From Enoplolaimus lenunculus (lineage: Eukaryota), in NCBI GenBank assembly GCA_030248215.1, contig JASANG010000273.1:310001-374000 (forward strand): DNA of 64,000 nt, given 5' to 3'. A model generated the notes under the pieces. It was not told where the DNA came from and ran no database searches. It worked only from the letters and a program-made list of their open reading frames with translations. The translations under genes were made by a program, and so were the position numbers. Below are positions 45,540 to 59,284 of the stretch, piece by piece (position 1 is the first letter of the stretch; every line of letters begins with the position of its first letter).

Positions 45540-47140
45540 ACCGGGACAACTTCCAGCGTGTGTTCTTGATGGGTTGTCCGGAACAGCCGGGACAGCTTTG
45601 ATCATGTGTTTTCGCTGGTATCGGCCGACACAGCCGGACAGCTTCGAGCGTGTGGTTTCGTGAGTTGGCCGGGCCGGGACAGCTTCGAGCACGTGTTTTC
45701 GCTGGGTCGGCCGGGTCAGCTCCGAATGTGTGTTTTCGTTGGGTCGGCCGGGGCAACTTCGAGCGTGTGTTAACCTTGGGTCGGGCGGAACCGCCAGGAC
45801 AACTTCGAGTCTATGTTTTTGCTGGTTCGTCTAGATTTTTGCTGGTTTGGTTGGGACAGCCAGGACAGCTTCGAGCCTATGTTTTTGCTAGGTCGGGTGG
45901 TATAGCCGGGACAGCTTCGAGCGTGTGTTTTCGTTGTGTTGGTCGGGACAGCCGAGTCAGGTTCGAGCCAATGTTTTTGCTGGTTCGGGCGGGAAAGCCG
46001 GTACACTTCGAGCGTGTAGAGTTTCGTTGGATCGGTCGGGACAGCCGGGACAACTTCGAACCTATGCTTTTGCTGGCTCGGTCGGGACCGCCGGGGCGGC
46101 GTCCAGCCTATGTTTTTGCTGAGTCGGGACGGGACAACCGGTACAGCTTTCAGTTCACCCTTGTATTATGCAGTGTACCTGATCATATTAAATGTACCTA
46201 GAGATAATGAAATTTTTGTGATCCAGTTGTTGTTCGCTTCTTTTTATATTTTTTTGCAAAATATAAATAACTGTGATCTTTCTTTCCTGTTTGCAACGAT
46301 GTAGCGAAGGTAAGCAGTAAGCAGTGCGCAAGCGGAGGTGAAGAGAAAATGTTAGTCAATAAAAGATGTTAGATTGGTGTTATCAATTCATCGTAAATTT
46401 GTTTTGAAGCATTTACCCAAATTGACTGAACCTCCGGCAAACCTTTTCCCGGAGCAGGAGCTGTAGGTCAATTTTCTGCAGAAACTTTAAGCAGGCATTC
46501 GATTGTACAACTGCAGCCACGATTTTAAGAACAAACGTACCTGCTTTGCACCTAACTTTTTCAGGCTGAGTAAATGTGTCATTTTTCTGTGTTCACGTGG
46601 ATCAACTCAACTAACATTTACAAGATAAAAATAGTATTTTTTGGGTTACCAAGAAAAACTAAATTTTGTTAAATGTGCCGATATTAATAAAATGATACTC
46701 TAAAATACAACCTGTACAAACGAATGTCGAAAGGTTTTGGTGTTTGGAAAATGTTTTTATTTTGCAATTATAAATTAATTCACTAGAAATGCTAATCTAT
46801 AAACATTTAAGCAAAATATTGGAATACGTTCCCTGAGAAAGCTCTGTTCAGGAAACATATATGATTCGTCGCTTTCTCGCTATGTATACCGACCCAGCAA
46901 AAACATAGACTTGAAGCTGTTTCGACTAACTCAGCGAAAACATGGGTTTGCAGTTGTCCCAGCTGTTTTGACCCGCCCAGCAAAAACATAGACTTGAATC
47001 TGTTTCGACCAACTCAGCGAAAACATGGGTTTGAAGTTGTCCCAGCTGTTTCGACCCAGCTAGCAAAAACATCGGTTCGAAGCTGTGCAGACCGACACAG
47101 TCGAAAAAATAATTCGAAGACTGTCCCGGCCGACCCAAAA
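45540..47140. mobile_element. Foldback-like element (copy B), inverted relative to copy A
   Basis: + array at 45540-46145 and - array at 46880-47140; the spacer matches 29400-30380 in reverse complement (for example GGAGGTTCAG..CAATTTGGGTA.ATGCTTCAAAACAAA). Confidence 0.65.
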
Positions 47141-47463
47141 AGGTATATGGTCCAAGACCGATGTACTGAAGAGGACCTTTTGAAAAGTTGCGGATATCAC
47201 CCAGGGATATTGGGATTTTGGGAGAATGGAACCCTGGAAATAATGTTCTTGGAAAATTGGGATTTTGGTTAATTCGGATATCTGGGGAGTTAGGATCTTG
47301 GGCCAGCCTTTTGCGGTCATTTTATTTTGTGTATCCCAAGCTACCCCGGTTGTAACCTGAACCACGCATACGGGTTAATTTCAATAAACGGAAACAGAAA
47401 CGCACATCGATTGACAACGAAATCAAATATCCGGTCACCTCAGATATTATGACAGAGACTATA

Positions 47464-47658
47464 CACTGTAAAATTGGGGAGTCAAATTGACTCTCTCGCG
47501 AATAGGCTTTTCCTGACTGCACAAACTGAGTCAAAATTCGACTCCGCAAGAGTCAAATTCGATTCATTGAATCGCTCAGAGAGTCGAATTTCACTCTGTA
47601 CTTACTCAGGAAAAGCCTATTTCCGAGATAGCCAATTTGACTTCCCATTTTTTACAGT
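47464..47658. mobile_element. Palindromic MITE with CACTG termini (CACTA/EnSpm-like)
   Basis: TA-CACTGTAAAA...TTTTACAGTG-TA with long internal inverted symmetry; related copies at 48257-48350 and 51570-51752. Confidence 0.75.
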
Positions 47659-47970
47659 GTACTGGTTATAAAAGTTGCAATAAAATTTGAAACCAGAATG
47701 TTCACAAAACCAAAGTTTTTAGTCATACATAAAAGCTTCTTGGCATGCAGCAAGCGATATGAAGTAGTTTTAGGTGCCTTCACATCAAGCCCGTAGCCAG
47801 CTCACCTTGCTAGGGGGGCTAAAACTTTTTCAGGAAGGGCATTCAAGGGTTTTCAATGACTTACAAGCAAGGTTGAAAATTTTCTAGGGTGTGCCAAAAT
47901 TTTACCCCCCTGCCCTCATCCCCATGGCGACGGGTACGCAGGTCAGGGGAGGAACGTTTTTCTGTTGACT

Positions 47971-48219
47971 GCACACAAAAAAGTATTTCTGAATTTATTC
48001 AGAATAGTGTTTTCTGTGGCAAATCTGAAAAGTTTTGCTGATATTTAAGACAATTTTTCTAAAAATAACTGGAAAACGTTTATTTTCAGACTTTATTTCA
48101 AAACGTTTTTGAAAACATTTCTATTATAACAGAAATAGTTTTCAAGTGCACCTAGCTAATCATATTTCTCAAATGTAAGAAATTTTTTCTTAAATCTCAG
48201 AAATATTATTTTGAGTGTG
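47971..48219. mobile_element. About 250-bp MITE (CACAC termini); second direct copy at about 49885-50131
   Basis: CACACAAAAAAGTATTTCTG...CAGAAATATTATTTTGAGTGTG in both copies, with high similarity throughout. Confidence 0.7.
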
Positions 48220-50951
48220 GAATACAGCAAACCACTAATTTTCTGCTTAGGCTTATACAGTGCAAAAAATGGTGAATTAAATTGACTCCCTTCGAAATAG
48301 GCGCTACGGGACTACACAAACTGAGTCAAATCCGACTCCGCCAGAGTCTATACTGCTGCTCCTCCTTTGTTCTTTACATAGGCCTCATGCGTTATAGATA
48401 TGCTTTTCGCCATTGCCAATTTATTCATTGGGAACCTAGTTACAGATTACCGAAATACAAGCAATTTCTGAAACTTCTCGCGGGTGCAAGCTTCCGCTTC
48501 ATTTGATGCATAAATGCAATGTATTAGGTACATATATTTTTATACTGCAGGCAAACGCGGGTCAAGTTCGTGTTTTCAAGATACGGATCATTCACAGCGA
48601 ACGCTCTTGTACCACGTAGCCCGTCTCTCCAACAGCATTGCTCTTCGACTATATGTCGACTTGTATGCTGTCGGCAACCAAGCATAACTTACTTGCAATG
48701 CAACGCGTTATATCGCATGCGCACCTAATGGACAAGCATATCTCACATGCTGACATATACAAGTAAGTTTACAATTGAAACCTCGTGAGCCGGAAAGAAT
48801 GGGGAAGCTTATTCCCTTGACCAAACTATCAGTACTGCCTTTTTACCGTGATTCGTGAAACACAATTTTTAATTCTAAATCATTTGGTGAGAGATGTGAG
48901 CAAATGCCCGGCGATCGGATATTAAAAATTCGAAAACTCTGAAATAGGTGCCCCACGCAACAAAGTAATTTTTAACATAGACGGCCTTTAGGCGGTCTCA
49001 AAAATGTGAACTTCCAACTGTTGGTAGTTTTACACTTTAAAACACAATTTCATCTCAAGAGATATTAGTAGATTCGATGTAATAAAAGACGTGTGTACGT
49101 ACGGAACAAAGATTGAGAGCCTGAAACCTCAGAAATACACTGAATTTAATTTCGGATATCCAAAATGAAAAATTTTATTTCAGATATCCGCACATCCGTA
49201 TGAATATGAGGCAAAAATTTCCTGATACCCGGATATGAAAAATTATTGGAACCCAATAACCAGAAAACTTATACACATACACTCTGGTTTTTACGCAATA
49301 TTCATTAATAATTTCTCGAAAATTAATATTTTCTTTGTTTATTCTAGATAATATCAAAAACTCATAAAAAATCTTTAATAACTTACCACACTGACAGTGT
49401 TAAATCACGTGAAGCAAGCGTAAAACTTCAAGTTCCTTATCAGTTTTGTTTTGCAATCGTGTAAATAATTATTGCTCTTAAATTTCAAAGTAAATTTAGC
49501 CATTTGTGTTTGGCCATAAAGGAGTATGCTAAGAATCAACGTATCACGTCTTGCGGTTTGATATTCCCTCCTTAAAATGTTACTTTTAGGACCGTAACTG
49601 TACGTTAAGCATATTCTTAAGTCTTAAAGCTTAAACCAAAGCCTAACCAAAAAGTTATAGCCTAAAATCTAAGCGTACTCTTCTATAGTCCGAACAGACA
49701 ACGGGACGTACGTATCGGTGATAAACACAAGATATTTTATTGAACGAAGGGCAACCAATTTTTGATCAGAATAGGATGAGCGAATATGCTTGTATGCTTA
49801 ATAATGTTTTTACAGTATAATTATAGGTTCTGCTCAACATATAACTTTCGATACTCTCAATTGGCTTGTAATTTTTAATCCTGAACACAAAAAAGTATTT
49901 CTGAATTTGTTCAGAAAAGTTTTTTCTGTGGCAAATCTGGAAAGTTTTCGTGATATTTAAGACAATTTTTCTAAAAATAACTGGATAACGTTTATTTTCA
50001 AACTTTATTTCAGAACTTTTCTGAAACCTTCTCTGTTATAACTGAAATGCTTTTCAAGTGCACCTTGCTAATTATATTTCTTAAATGTAAGAAATTTTTT
50101 CTTACATGTCAGAAATATTATTTTGAGTGTGTAGTATCATATTTCTAGTTTCAGCAGAAATTTCGGGAGGGAATGTATCAGCCATACGTTACTGTTTACG
50201 CTCGTAAGAAAAATTTCAACTAAATTTAAAATAATTAAACAATTTTTGGAGAAGTTTTGCCTAATTGGACTTTTTATGTGCAAAAGTTCTTTGACACGAC
50301 GTTTCCATTGGTTTTGGTTCAAAACAAAAAAGTTTACACAAACACATTTTTGAGGTCATAAAAAACCATATTTGAACTCTTAATTTTGTTTGTTTAGTTG
50401 TTGTTGTTGTTCTCTGGTTATTATACCATCATAGGCTATCAACTTGAAGGTCGTTTCGGCAAAACTCAAGCCAACAGTACAAAAAATAATACAAATATTT
50501 CGCGTTTTAATGTTGAATATTGTAATTTTAACACATTTTTGCCAACTTTCTTTATATATATACCTATACGAGATAAACTGAATTTCCTTATTGCAGCTGT
50601 ACTTATATATTGTACCTTTGAAAATTTACCCCCTGTATATTATAAAACCAGAAAGCAAACCTACACAATTGTAGTGGGCGGATGTATTCTGTCCAGAAAC
50701 CAGCCGCACCTGTTCTGTCCTCACGACGAAACCATTTCGAGCCATGTTAATTTTAAGGGCCTGTCCACTAAGCCAAAACCTATACTACATAATAAACCTA
50801 AACGTAAGTCTAAATATATGCCGAATCCAAATGCTACGTTTATACCTAAGAGCATACCCTCCCAGTCTGTCTTATCTTTCTGTGGACAGCACTGAATTTT
50901 GAATTATTAAAATATATCATATACATATTTTAGTTTATTTATCACAAAGTA

Positions 50952-53900
50952 ATGGTATTCAGTTGGGGAGCCGCTATGTGTCGGCCTACTCATTTTGAGG
51001 TCAGTGAACAATTTACACCAATTTCTGATAAACCATGGGGACAATGTTTAGATGTATATAATGTCCAGCATATGTTTGCTTAAATTTCAGTAAACAGCGC
51101 AAAATTTAAAAAATTAGAAACTCTCATGGGTATCAATTAATATTTCACGCCTTACGATGTCAGTTACAACTGACAACTTCCCGTCTTTGCGTTACCGAGG
51201 AAAAGTATAATTGGCAAAGTCTTGTTCATACGTGCAAACTTTTTCAAATTAAAATTTACTAATTGAGTTAATTAAAGTTTGTTAATTTTTAGGTTGTTTA
51301 CAAAATCAACGAGTTTATGGGCGGCATTGTCGATCAAACACTTGCAATGAAGCAATGGGAAACGTTGAAAGCGACGCTGGAAGATTCGGCGAATATCAAC
51401 GTGAAAGTCATTGAACAAACAAAAGGACTGCCGGATATGGTGTTCTGTTGTAATGCTGGATTAGTTTTTGGTAAAAATGTAAGACATGATATGTGCAAAT
51501 CAAAATTTTTATTTTTAAACGGCCCAGTTATACCGTCTATCTACAAAGTCTAAGCCTAAACCTGCACTACTATTTCCGAAGTAGGCTCTAAGTACGAGAT
51601 TACACAAACTGAGTCAGATTCGATTCCACCAGAGTCAAATTCAAGTCATTAAGACGCACATTTGACTCTGGCGGAATCGAATTTCATTCAATTTGTGTAG
51701 TCCCGTAGAGCCTATTTTGGAGAGTCAATTTGACCCACCATTTTTGCTGTATGAGCACAAGCCTAATCCTAAGCCTCAGCCTACACCTAATCGTAAGCCA
51801 AACTTTAAGCCTATTAAGTAGCATAAGTCTTATCATAAGCCTGAGCCAACCCTAACCATAAGCTAACTTCTAAGCCTAAACCATAGCATAAACCTAGTCC
51901 TAAGCTTATATATATAAAGCATAAAATCTTATCCTAAGTCTTAACTTGAGTATAAAGCCTAATCCTATCTCCTAACCGTAACATAATACTAAGCAAAAGC
52001 CTAAAAGCATAATAATAAGCCTAGCCTAAGTCTAATTCTCAGCCCAAGCCTAATATGAGTCAATGCTTCCCAATATCTAAGTTCTTCAGCCCAATGTCTT
52101 TCAGTGGAAAACGTCGTGTAATTTTCATGGGCCTTTATAGCTTTCCTATACAACAAACACGGCAAAGCACTTTCCAGAAGGGCTCCTTAAAATTCCTGAA
52201 ATCCATAATTATTTTACTGCAATATATTTTTGAAATTTAAAATTGAAATTTATAGCTGTTTTTTATGTGTAGTCTCCGACCTGTTTACAAGGCTGTTTGA
52301 GTTTTATACCTTGAAATTTAAAAAAAAAACTTTTGTAAGAAGCTATCTTTACCTGGTTGGCCAAGCAAATATTTGCCACGAGTATAGGTATGTGTAACTT
52401 TTGGGGTATTGTAAGGTCGATTCGCGGTATTTCCAAACCAGCTCACCTTGCCAGTGGGGCTAAAAAATTTTCAGGAGTGCACAAAAGGGATTTCGGTGGC
52501 TTGAAAGCAAGGTTGAAAATTGTCTACGGGATCCAAGATAGTTCCAGGTTTGTGAGACCCTCCCATGGTCCTCTTCTGGCTACGGAATCCCGGTCAACTT
52601 CTATACTTTTGGACATTTATTGAGTTTTATTTTGAAAAGTTTTCTGCTTCCAGGTCCGACTTTCTCATTTCCGGTACCCAGAACGTCGTGGTGAACGTAC
52701 AGAGTACCGGAAATGGTACCAAAGTCAAGGTTTCACTGTTCACGGTGATGAGTCAACGTTCTTTGAGGGAGGAGGGGATGCATGGTTCGGCGGAAACGAT
52801 CGTTTATGGGCTGGATACGGATTCAGGTACACAGATAGGCGTAGCAAGTTCTCTTTGTGGGGGGAAGGTAAAAAATTTCAGAAGGGGCATACAACAGTTT
52901 TCGATGACACAATCCAAGCAAGGTTGAATATTTTCAAGGGGGAGCCAAAATATTCCAGCGAGTGGCGCGGAGTTTCCCATGCTTCCCCTCTGGCTACGGC
53001 TCCGTATACAAAGCTATTTCTGATTTTTAGAAGTGAATTTAGCCGATATGGGCTTTGGCTTATAGAAATCGACGGATAGAATAAATATTCCACCGTCTCG
53101 ATATATATGTGTAGTGACAACAAAGTAAAACCACTTTAAGAATATTTCGAATACCTTTCAAACACTGCCGGACGATTTCAGATCAGAACTGAACGCATAT
53201 ACCGGTATTGAAAAAGTGTTCAGCGACCCAAATAACAATACATTTCGAGTTATTCCATTGCAATTGGTCAATGCTAAATTTTATCATATGGATGTTACTC
53301 TGTTACCATTGGACGAAACTTCTGCGCTGTATTATCCTGAAGGTATGTTTCGATTGGTTAACAAAGCAAAAGACGAAAATAAAGCAGCATATTGAAATCC
53401 CGTCGGCCGACAACGCGTCGTTCGACAAATTCTAATCAGAAATTGCATCTATTCGACAATTCATCGTCCATCATTATGCTTATTCTTATGCTTAAGTTTC
53501 GGATTATATGCCTAGATTTATTGAAAGGGTTTAGGACAATGTTGGGCAACGAATTGTCGTAAATTTATCTATTGTACTTTCGAATATGAAAGAGCATAAA
53601 TTTTGCAACTGTATTAATGTGTTTCTTGTACCGTTTTTCATGGAATTTGTATCTACTTACCGTTAGCCTAAGAAAAACTTTTTAATATGATTATTTAAAA
53701 TTTGTTACGCTTGAATGCAAGCACTGCCTATTTAATACAACATACATAGGTATGCCACACGCGGTAACGGAGATAATAATCCACAGGACGGAAAACATAT
53801 TACATTTGATTTATAACGCAAATACACCTCAATAGGCCATCATATAGTAAACACAAACATACTTATGTAATCCTTAATAACCAGCCAAAATATCACGCCA

Positions 53901-54378
53901 TAGCTATGCTACTACTAACTCCTTTTTCCTCCGAACCACAGTTATTATAGCCTGTCAAACACCTGCCCAAAATGCGCACAATATTCAAAGTAGTTAAAAA
54001 GCTAGGATTATGCAAATTCGAGTTGTAGCCAAACGTTTCGCAAATTGGCGCTACATAGGGTTAACAACGTTTCTTTACAATACAGCTGCCTTCCATCGAA
54101 AACATTTTATTTCAGCATTTTCGCCGGAAAGTCTCGAAACACTACGCCAAGAATACCCAACACTAATAGCAGTGACCACAGAAGAAGCGCTCAAATTTGT
54201 TTGCAACGGAATTTCAATCCCTCATACCCGAACAGTCATACTTCCAGCTGGATGCCCTCAGGCTAGCAAGGATCTAGAAATCCGAGGCTGGACTGTAAAG
54301 AAAGTCGATATGAGTGAATTTATAAAAGCTGGAGGTGCTTGTCAGTGTTTGGTGATGAAATTATTCAATAATGAATAA
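50952..54378 (+). CDS. Amidinotransferase/pentein-fold enzyme (DDAH/arginine deiminase superfamily), bacterial ArgZ/arginine-dihydrolase-like, 276 aa
   Basis: Exons 50952-50999, 51293-51478, 52654-52826, 53182-53342, 54116-54378 (831 nt, all GT-AG, phases match). Motifs MCRPTHFEVVYKIN, QWETL, GLPDMVFCCNAGLV, FRYPERRGE, FEGGGDA, LWAGYGFRS, FYHMD, YYPEAF, EFIKAGGACQCL; AATAAA overlaps the stop. Confidence 0.9.
51755..52060. repeat. Degenerate (GCCTAA)n telomere-like array in intron 2 of the amidinotransferase gene
   Basis: Repeated AAGCCT/CCTAAG/CCTAAT hexamers. Confidence 0.75.
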
Positions 54379-54930
54379 ATTCATTCTAGTTTAAAGTTCG
54401 CGGTGTAAAAAAATTGGCTGGTACCCGCCTGTTTATAGCGCATAGACACGGACGGATTGTTGACTGGCAAGCGCAATAGTGAAATGGATCTCGCGAGCAA
54501 ATTGAGCTAGAAGCCAAACGCAATTTTGAAAAGCATAAAAGTGAAAATTTGTAAGGTAGGAACAGTATTAATATTTTTTCACAAAAAATTATTTCAATCG
54601 CTTTGGCTCTCTACTGTTTATATGGTATTTACTACGAATTGAACTTGTTCAGGGGATGCGTAGAGTAGCACTGTCTTTATATTTTTAGCTTTGAACAAGA
54701 ACTAGGAATAGTGACTCTAGATAAAAGTATATCTGCACAACTTAGTATGGCACAAAATGTTCTATTGAAAGCTTTGCACTTTTATCCGATATAGTTTACC
54801 CCATTTATAAAGCAGGTGGTGTCCCCACTCATCAAGACAACTGTTTGTTATAACACACGATTAGGGGCGCGTTTTTACGTTTCTGCTGAGCACATTGTCC
54901 TTTCTTGTTACCATATGAATTTGGATATTG

Positions 54931-55115
54931 CACCCATGTAAAGATCGGGGCGGAACTGTTTTCTGTTGGACTACAATAGAGTGAAGCTTAAGCTTTTGAC
55001 TAATTTTACCTTATGTGACGCTTTAGGCGTAGAATTAGGCTTAGGTATAAGCTCAGTCTTAAGCTTAAGCTTAGGTATAAGCTCTGTCTTAACGGTCCTG
55101 TTCTATGAATTGGCC
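54931..55115. mobile_element. TTAGGC-bearing short TIR element between two convergent genes
   Basis: CCCATGTAAAGATCGGGGCGG...CTGTTCTATGAATTGGCC; homologous to 24888 and 27606. Confidence 0.6.
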
Positions 55116-55177
55116 GAATATTTTTTAAAATCAAAATTTTACTTAGCAAAAATTAATAAACATTAAACGCCAATTTT

Positions 55178-58100
55178 CTACCGTCCTTTTCTAGCCGTTT
55201 GTCTTGACTGCCTTCTTGGCAACGCAACTCGTTTTGGTTTGGAACGAATCGCTGTTTCTGAATGCAAATTAACAAATAACAACACACTGATATTCAGAAA
55301 TACTCACTAGGTTAAGGAAAGGCGAGAAATAAATATATAGCAGTATAAGTGCTAAAACCATTCTGATATGAAAATTTTAAGTACGAAACTTTCAAAGCTG
55401 AAATATGTACGCAATACAGGATCTGCTTCAGACGCGATAAAGCCGTCTTTTAAACAGAGTAGATATTTAGCAATTTCTGATGTTACATATGCAGTTTGTT
55501 TTTGACAGTTTAAATCGTTATTTGGCACAAAACAAACAAATATTTTTCAGTAACCCTATATCCTGACTTCACATACAGATATGAAGGTTTTAGTATTTAA
55601 ATTCTATAGACAGAGATGGTGCTGTGCAGAAATAGCTGCCCCATGGCCCGATATTGGACAAAACTAGGGGAAAACTTTGATGTATGAATATTTTTCGGTT
55701 TAGAAAATTTTTAGCTCAAAATCTGAAAAATATTTTTGGCAGAAAATTTTTCAGGCACTTTTTATTTCCCGCACGCTATTGAAATTTTGAAGAAAATTGT
55801 TCAGTGTTTGTAGACATTTTTAAAACAGTATTGTGAGATTGATAGACAACGGAAATATATGATATTACTGACATACAAAGGTATGATGCACACTTGGTAT
55901 TAGCAGTCAAGTGTTGTTTTTGGAATGCGATATAGGGTTAATATCCAGACAAAATGGAACCCAAAATTTTGATAGGGACAAATCATATTTCACGCTGTCC
56001 CAATTTTAACGTGAACACTGCATATGGATATGGGCGGGAAAAGTGTCATATTTCTGCTCCGTCGTATGGCAATGCAGGTTAAAATAGTACTGAATAAGTC
56101 AACGTCGCCTGAAGAAAAATTTAACTGCGAACAAATATGGGAACCAATGTAAAAATTGTTGAAATGTCATTCAATTTTTATAACTGCTGTTTTCGTTGGA
56201 CAGGTGGGGCACCGACGATTCTTGGGGTCCCACTGAAAGAGCAAAAAAATCAAACGGGTTCAGGAAGGGAGGAATAGAGTGTTTATGGAAGCCGTACGGC
56301 GCCCACAATACAGCGCCATCCCAAGTGCGAATACTATACATGCAAAATATCTTATAAGCTTAAGCTGCAAGTACATCAGCTCAAGAAAAATTACTACTTT
56401 TTCTTGGTGTTTGTTTTTGAGGTCTCTTGCAGCTTTCGCGTCGTTTTCCCGACAACGATGGGCGTTTCGCGGCTAATTTTGGTTTTGATCGTCTGCGACA
56501 TTTGTCCAATTTATCTTGCCTACTATCTTTGTCAGCGGCTTCAAAGTCCAGGTCTAGAATTGTATGAGACTAGGAAACGATTGGAGTAAAAGCATGAGAG
56601 TAGCATTTATCTCTAGCTGCGTGGTTTTATAATGTTTTAGCACACTGTTACGCCTATCACAGTAACATTGATCATCAAATACATCCGTCCATATATATTT
56701 TACACGAAAATTTTCCTACACCTTAATACAATAGAGCAACGAACCGCCAATCCGAGCAAAATTTTTATGAAGGGCTCTATATGTACTGCTTAACTTAGAA
56801 TTAATAGAAACATGTGGCTTAAACCGCGCTCGTACGCAGTTGCGGGTAAATATGAAATTCATAGGATCGAACTTCCTTGGGTTCGCGGTATACATTCCTA
56901 AACACATTCCATAGCGCTCACGCTAACATGAATACATATATTTAAGCTTACAGAACCTGGCATAAGTTTCTGTTTTAAGCATTTGAGGCACCACATTTCA
57001 AATTCTATGATCCGTCAAATTTTATGAATATTCGAGTTTACCTTGTCCATGATCTTGTATTTGGGTTTGACGTCCATCTGCAATGTGTTTTTCACAAATC
57101 AAATCCCCAGTTGGTCGCACACTATCTTCCGGCCTTTCGTTTACTGTTTCAAACGTTTTTTGACTTTCTATTTTTTCCGGTTCTTTGTTTAATTTCGGTT
57201 TGCTCCTTCGTTTTTGTGGCGCACGTACAGGGACGGCTGCAGGCGCTGGCGGAGCGCAAACTTGTCTGAACTCTGGACGTAACATTTGTTCGGTTATTTG
57301 CTGAATTCGGGTCCGCAATTCTGATCCATGGGTAACCTGAAAACTAAACATTTTGATAAACAAGTTATTTGACTGAAAGTCAAATATGTCGTCACCGCGA
57401 GCGAACTCAAAAATAATAATTTTCAATAATGCATTACGATTAATTCTAGTTAAGTTGAACAACGGAAATGTTAACGGACGGGCGAAACTGCAGCTGTACT
57501 TTCGGCGCAGTGAATAGCAAGCTGTGGTTGTGCTCAAAGTTATCGAGACGGAGCCACTGATCGGCCGCACGAATGTGTTAACATACCACATAACCAACTT
57601 TTTCTAATTATCTTATCATGCAAACCCGTTTGCTAAAAATATATTTAAACAGTAATATTCGAAACCTGACCTGAGTAATTGTAGAGCTTATAAGTACTTT
57701 GCATAAATTGCACGCAGTATTCCTAAAATCCTCGAATTAAAAATCGAGCGAAAAGATAACATTTTAAAGTTTTAGAATGAAAATATACGAATTTTGCCAA
57801 CTGTTTTACAGCTTCTCTGGCCGCTAAAACACTGATTGGAGTTAATTCCTTGTCTGTACTATAATTCTAATTTTGCAATTTTTAAAATCAATAAATATAT
57901 TTTGAAATCGTTTTATTGTATTTTCAAGACATATTTCGTCCGATTTTACCGCTAATGGAAACAAGAGTCACTAGCCGAGGGCGGTGACAAAAAAAGCTGA
58001 GCTGACGATTTGAAAAATTGTGCTTTCAAAAATGCATTAAGGTTGACACTAGTCCTATACTAGATTCTTCTCTAAACCGGCTAACGAATGTTGTCAATTC

Positions 58101-59284
58101 TGTTCTTTTATGTAAGCTATGCTGAAAATGACCAATGTTACTTTTAGGGCCGTAACAGTATAATATGCATTTTTCTAAGCCACAGACTAAGCCTAAGCGT
58201 TTAAAATATATTCCTAAGCGTAAGCCTATGTAAAAAATGCAACCTATAATGTAAGCCGACTGTTTTACAGAACCACCAGAAACCGGGTCGGCCCTAATAA
58301 GTAACATGGACCCTTAAAATTGTACCGATGAATTTTAGTTACGCCATTGTGTCGAAAATTCTGGTTCAGAATTTTCAATAAAAATCGTTCATGTATATCT
58401 AAGACATAACCGTTTGAAGAGTGTCGCAAGCAAAAACAGAAGTCATCATCCGAGGGTGGTGGCAAAAAAGCTTGTGTTGCTTCTATGAATGTCCTGTTTT
58501 TCGATTTACACCAATAAAAAGGACTGAGATTTTACGCGTAGCATTAAGCTTAGACACTTCTAATACATTTCTCCGCATTTAAGGTTAACGCTTACACTTA
58601 TGAAAAGGCTCAGACATCGGCTCAGGGTGGCGTTATACATTTGATGACGTTTGGCGCAGTCCGTCACCGTCCGGCTTTGAGTGGTACCTTACAGCAACGC
58701 ACGTGTATTGCCGTATGGCAAAGCATATCAATACATACATAAAATGTTTTGATTTGTGGCGCTGTTCGCCGGCGAACGACAAGTATAGTACCACCATAAG
58801 CCGCAAGCTTTTAGGCTTTAGCCTAGACAAGGATTGTCTCAAGCCTCACCCTGAATGTAGGAGGAAGTGTACAAAAGCTACTTGGGCTTTGGAGGTGGGT
58901 CCGGTTCGATAGAGCCTGAATGTAATAGTTCTACAGCCATAGGTGCCAAACCATTAAATATTGCAACCATGCTTGTACCTCCGATTTCGATGTTTTATTC
59001 ATCCAATTGCGCAATGACTTAAAAATGTGAAATATCATTAAATATAAAGACTGAACTCTTACCCTATCAGAAATTCTGCTAGTCGTATAACTTGTACCAC
59101 ATCGCTCTGGATCAATAGCTCTTGTAAAGTCTGGGTCAGCAGGAGTTTTGGCGTACCGCGTAGAATCTGGTTCGCTGCCACAAATGCCGCAACACCAGCC
59201 AGGAGTACAAGCCGCTGGTTGTCCAATCAGAGACGCAGTTTCGCGTGATGTCATAACGCAGCGCATCAAAATTGTAGCGATCAA
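55178..59284 (-). CDS. Uncharacterised spliced protein with basic C-terminus (5' part unresolved)
   Basis: Phase-consistent exons 59284-59063, 57336-57042, 56553-56398, 55257-55178 (TAG); Cys cluster WCCGICG and repeated RSKPK motifs; no family recognised. Confidence 0.55.

Noticed and set aside
48551..48762. Exon-like segment with CAG acceptor and GTAAGT donor
   Set aside because: Stops in all three + frames; could be a non-coding exon but unsupported.
50398..50895. 165-aa ORF upstream of the amidinotransferase gene
   Set aside because: Non-ATG start, low-complexity composition, and overlap with a GCCTAA-type element.
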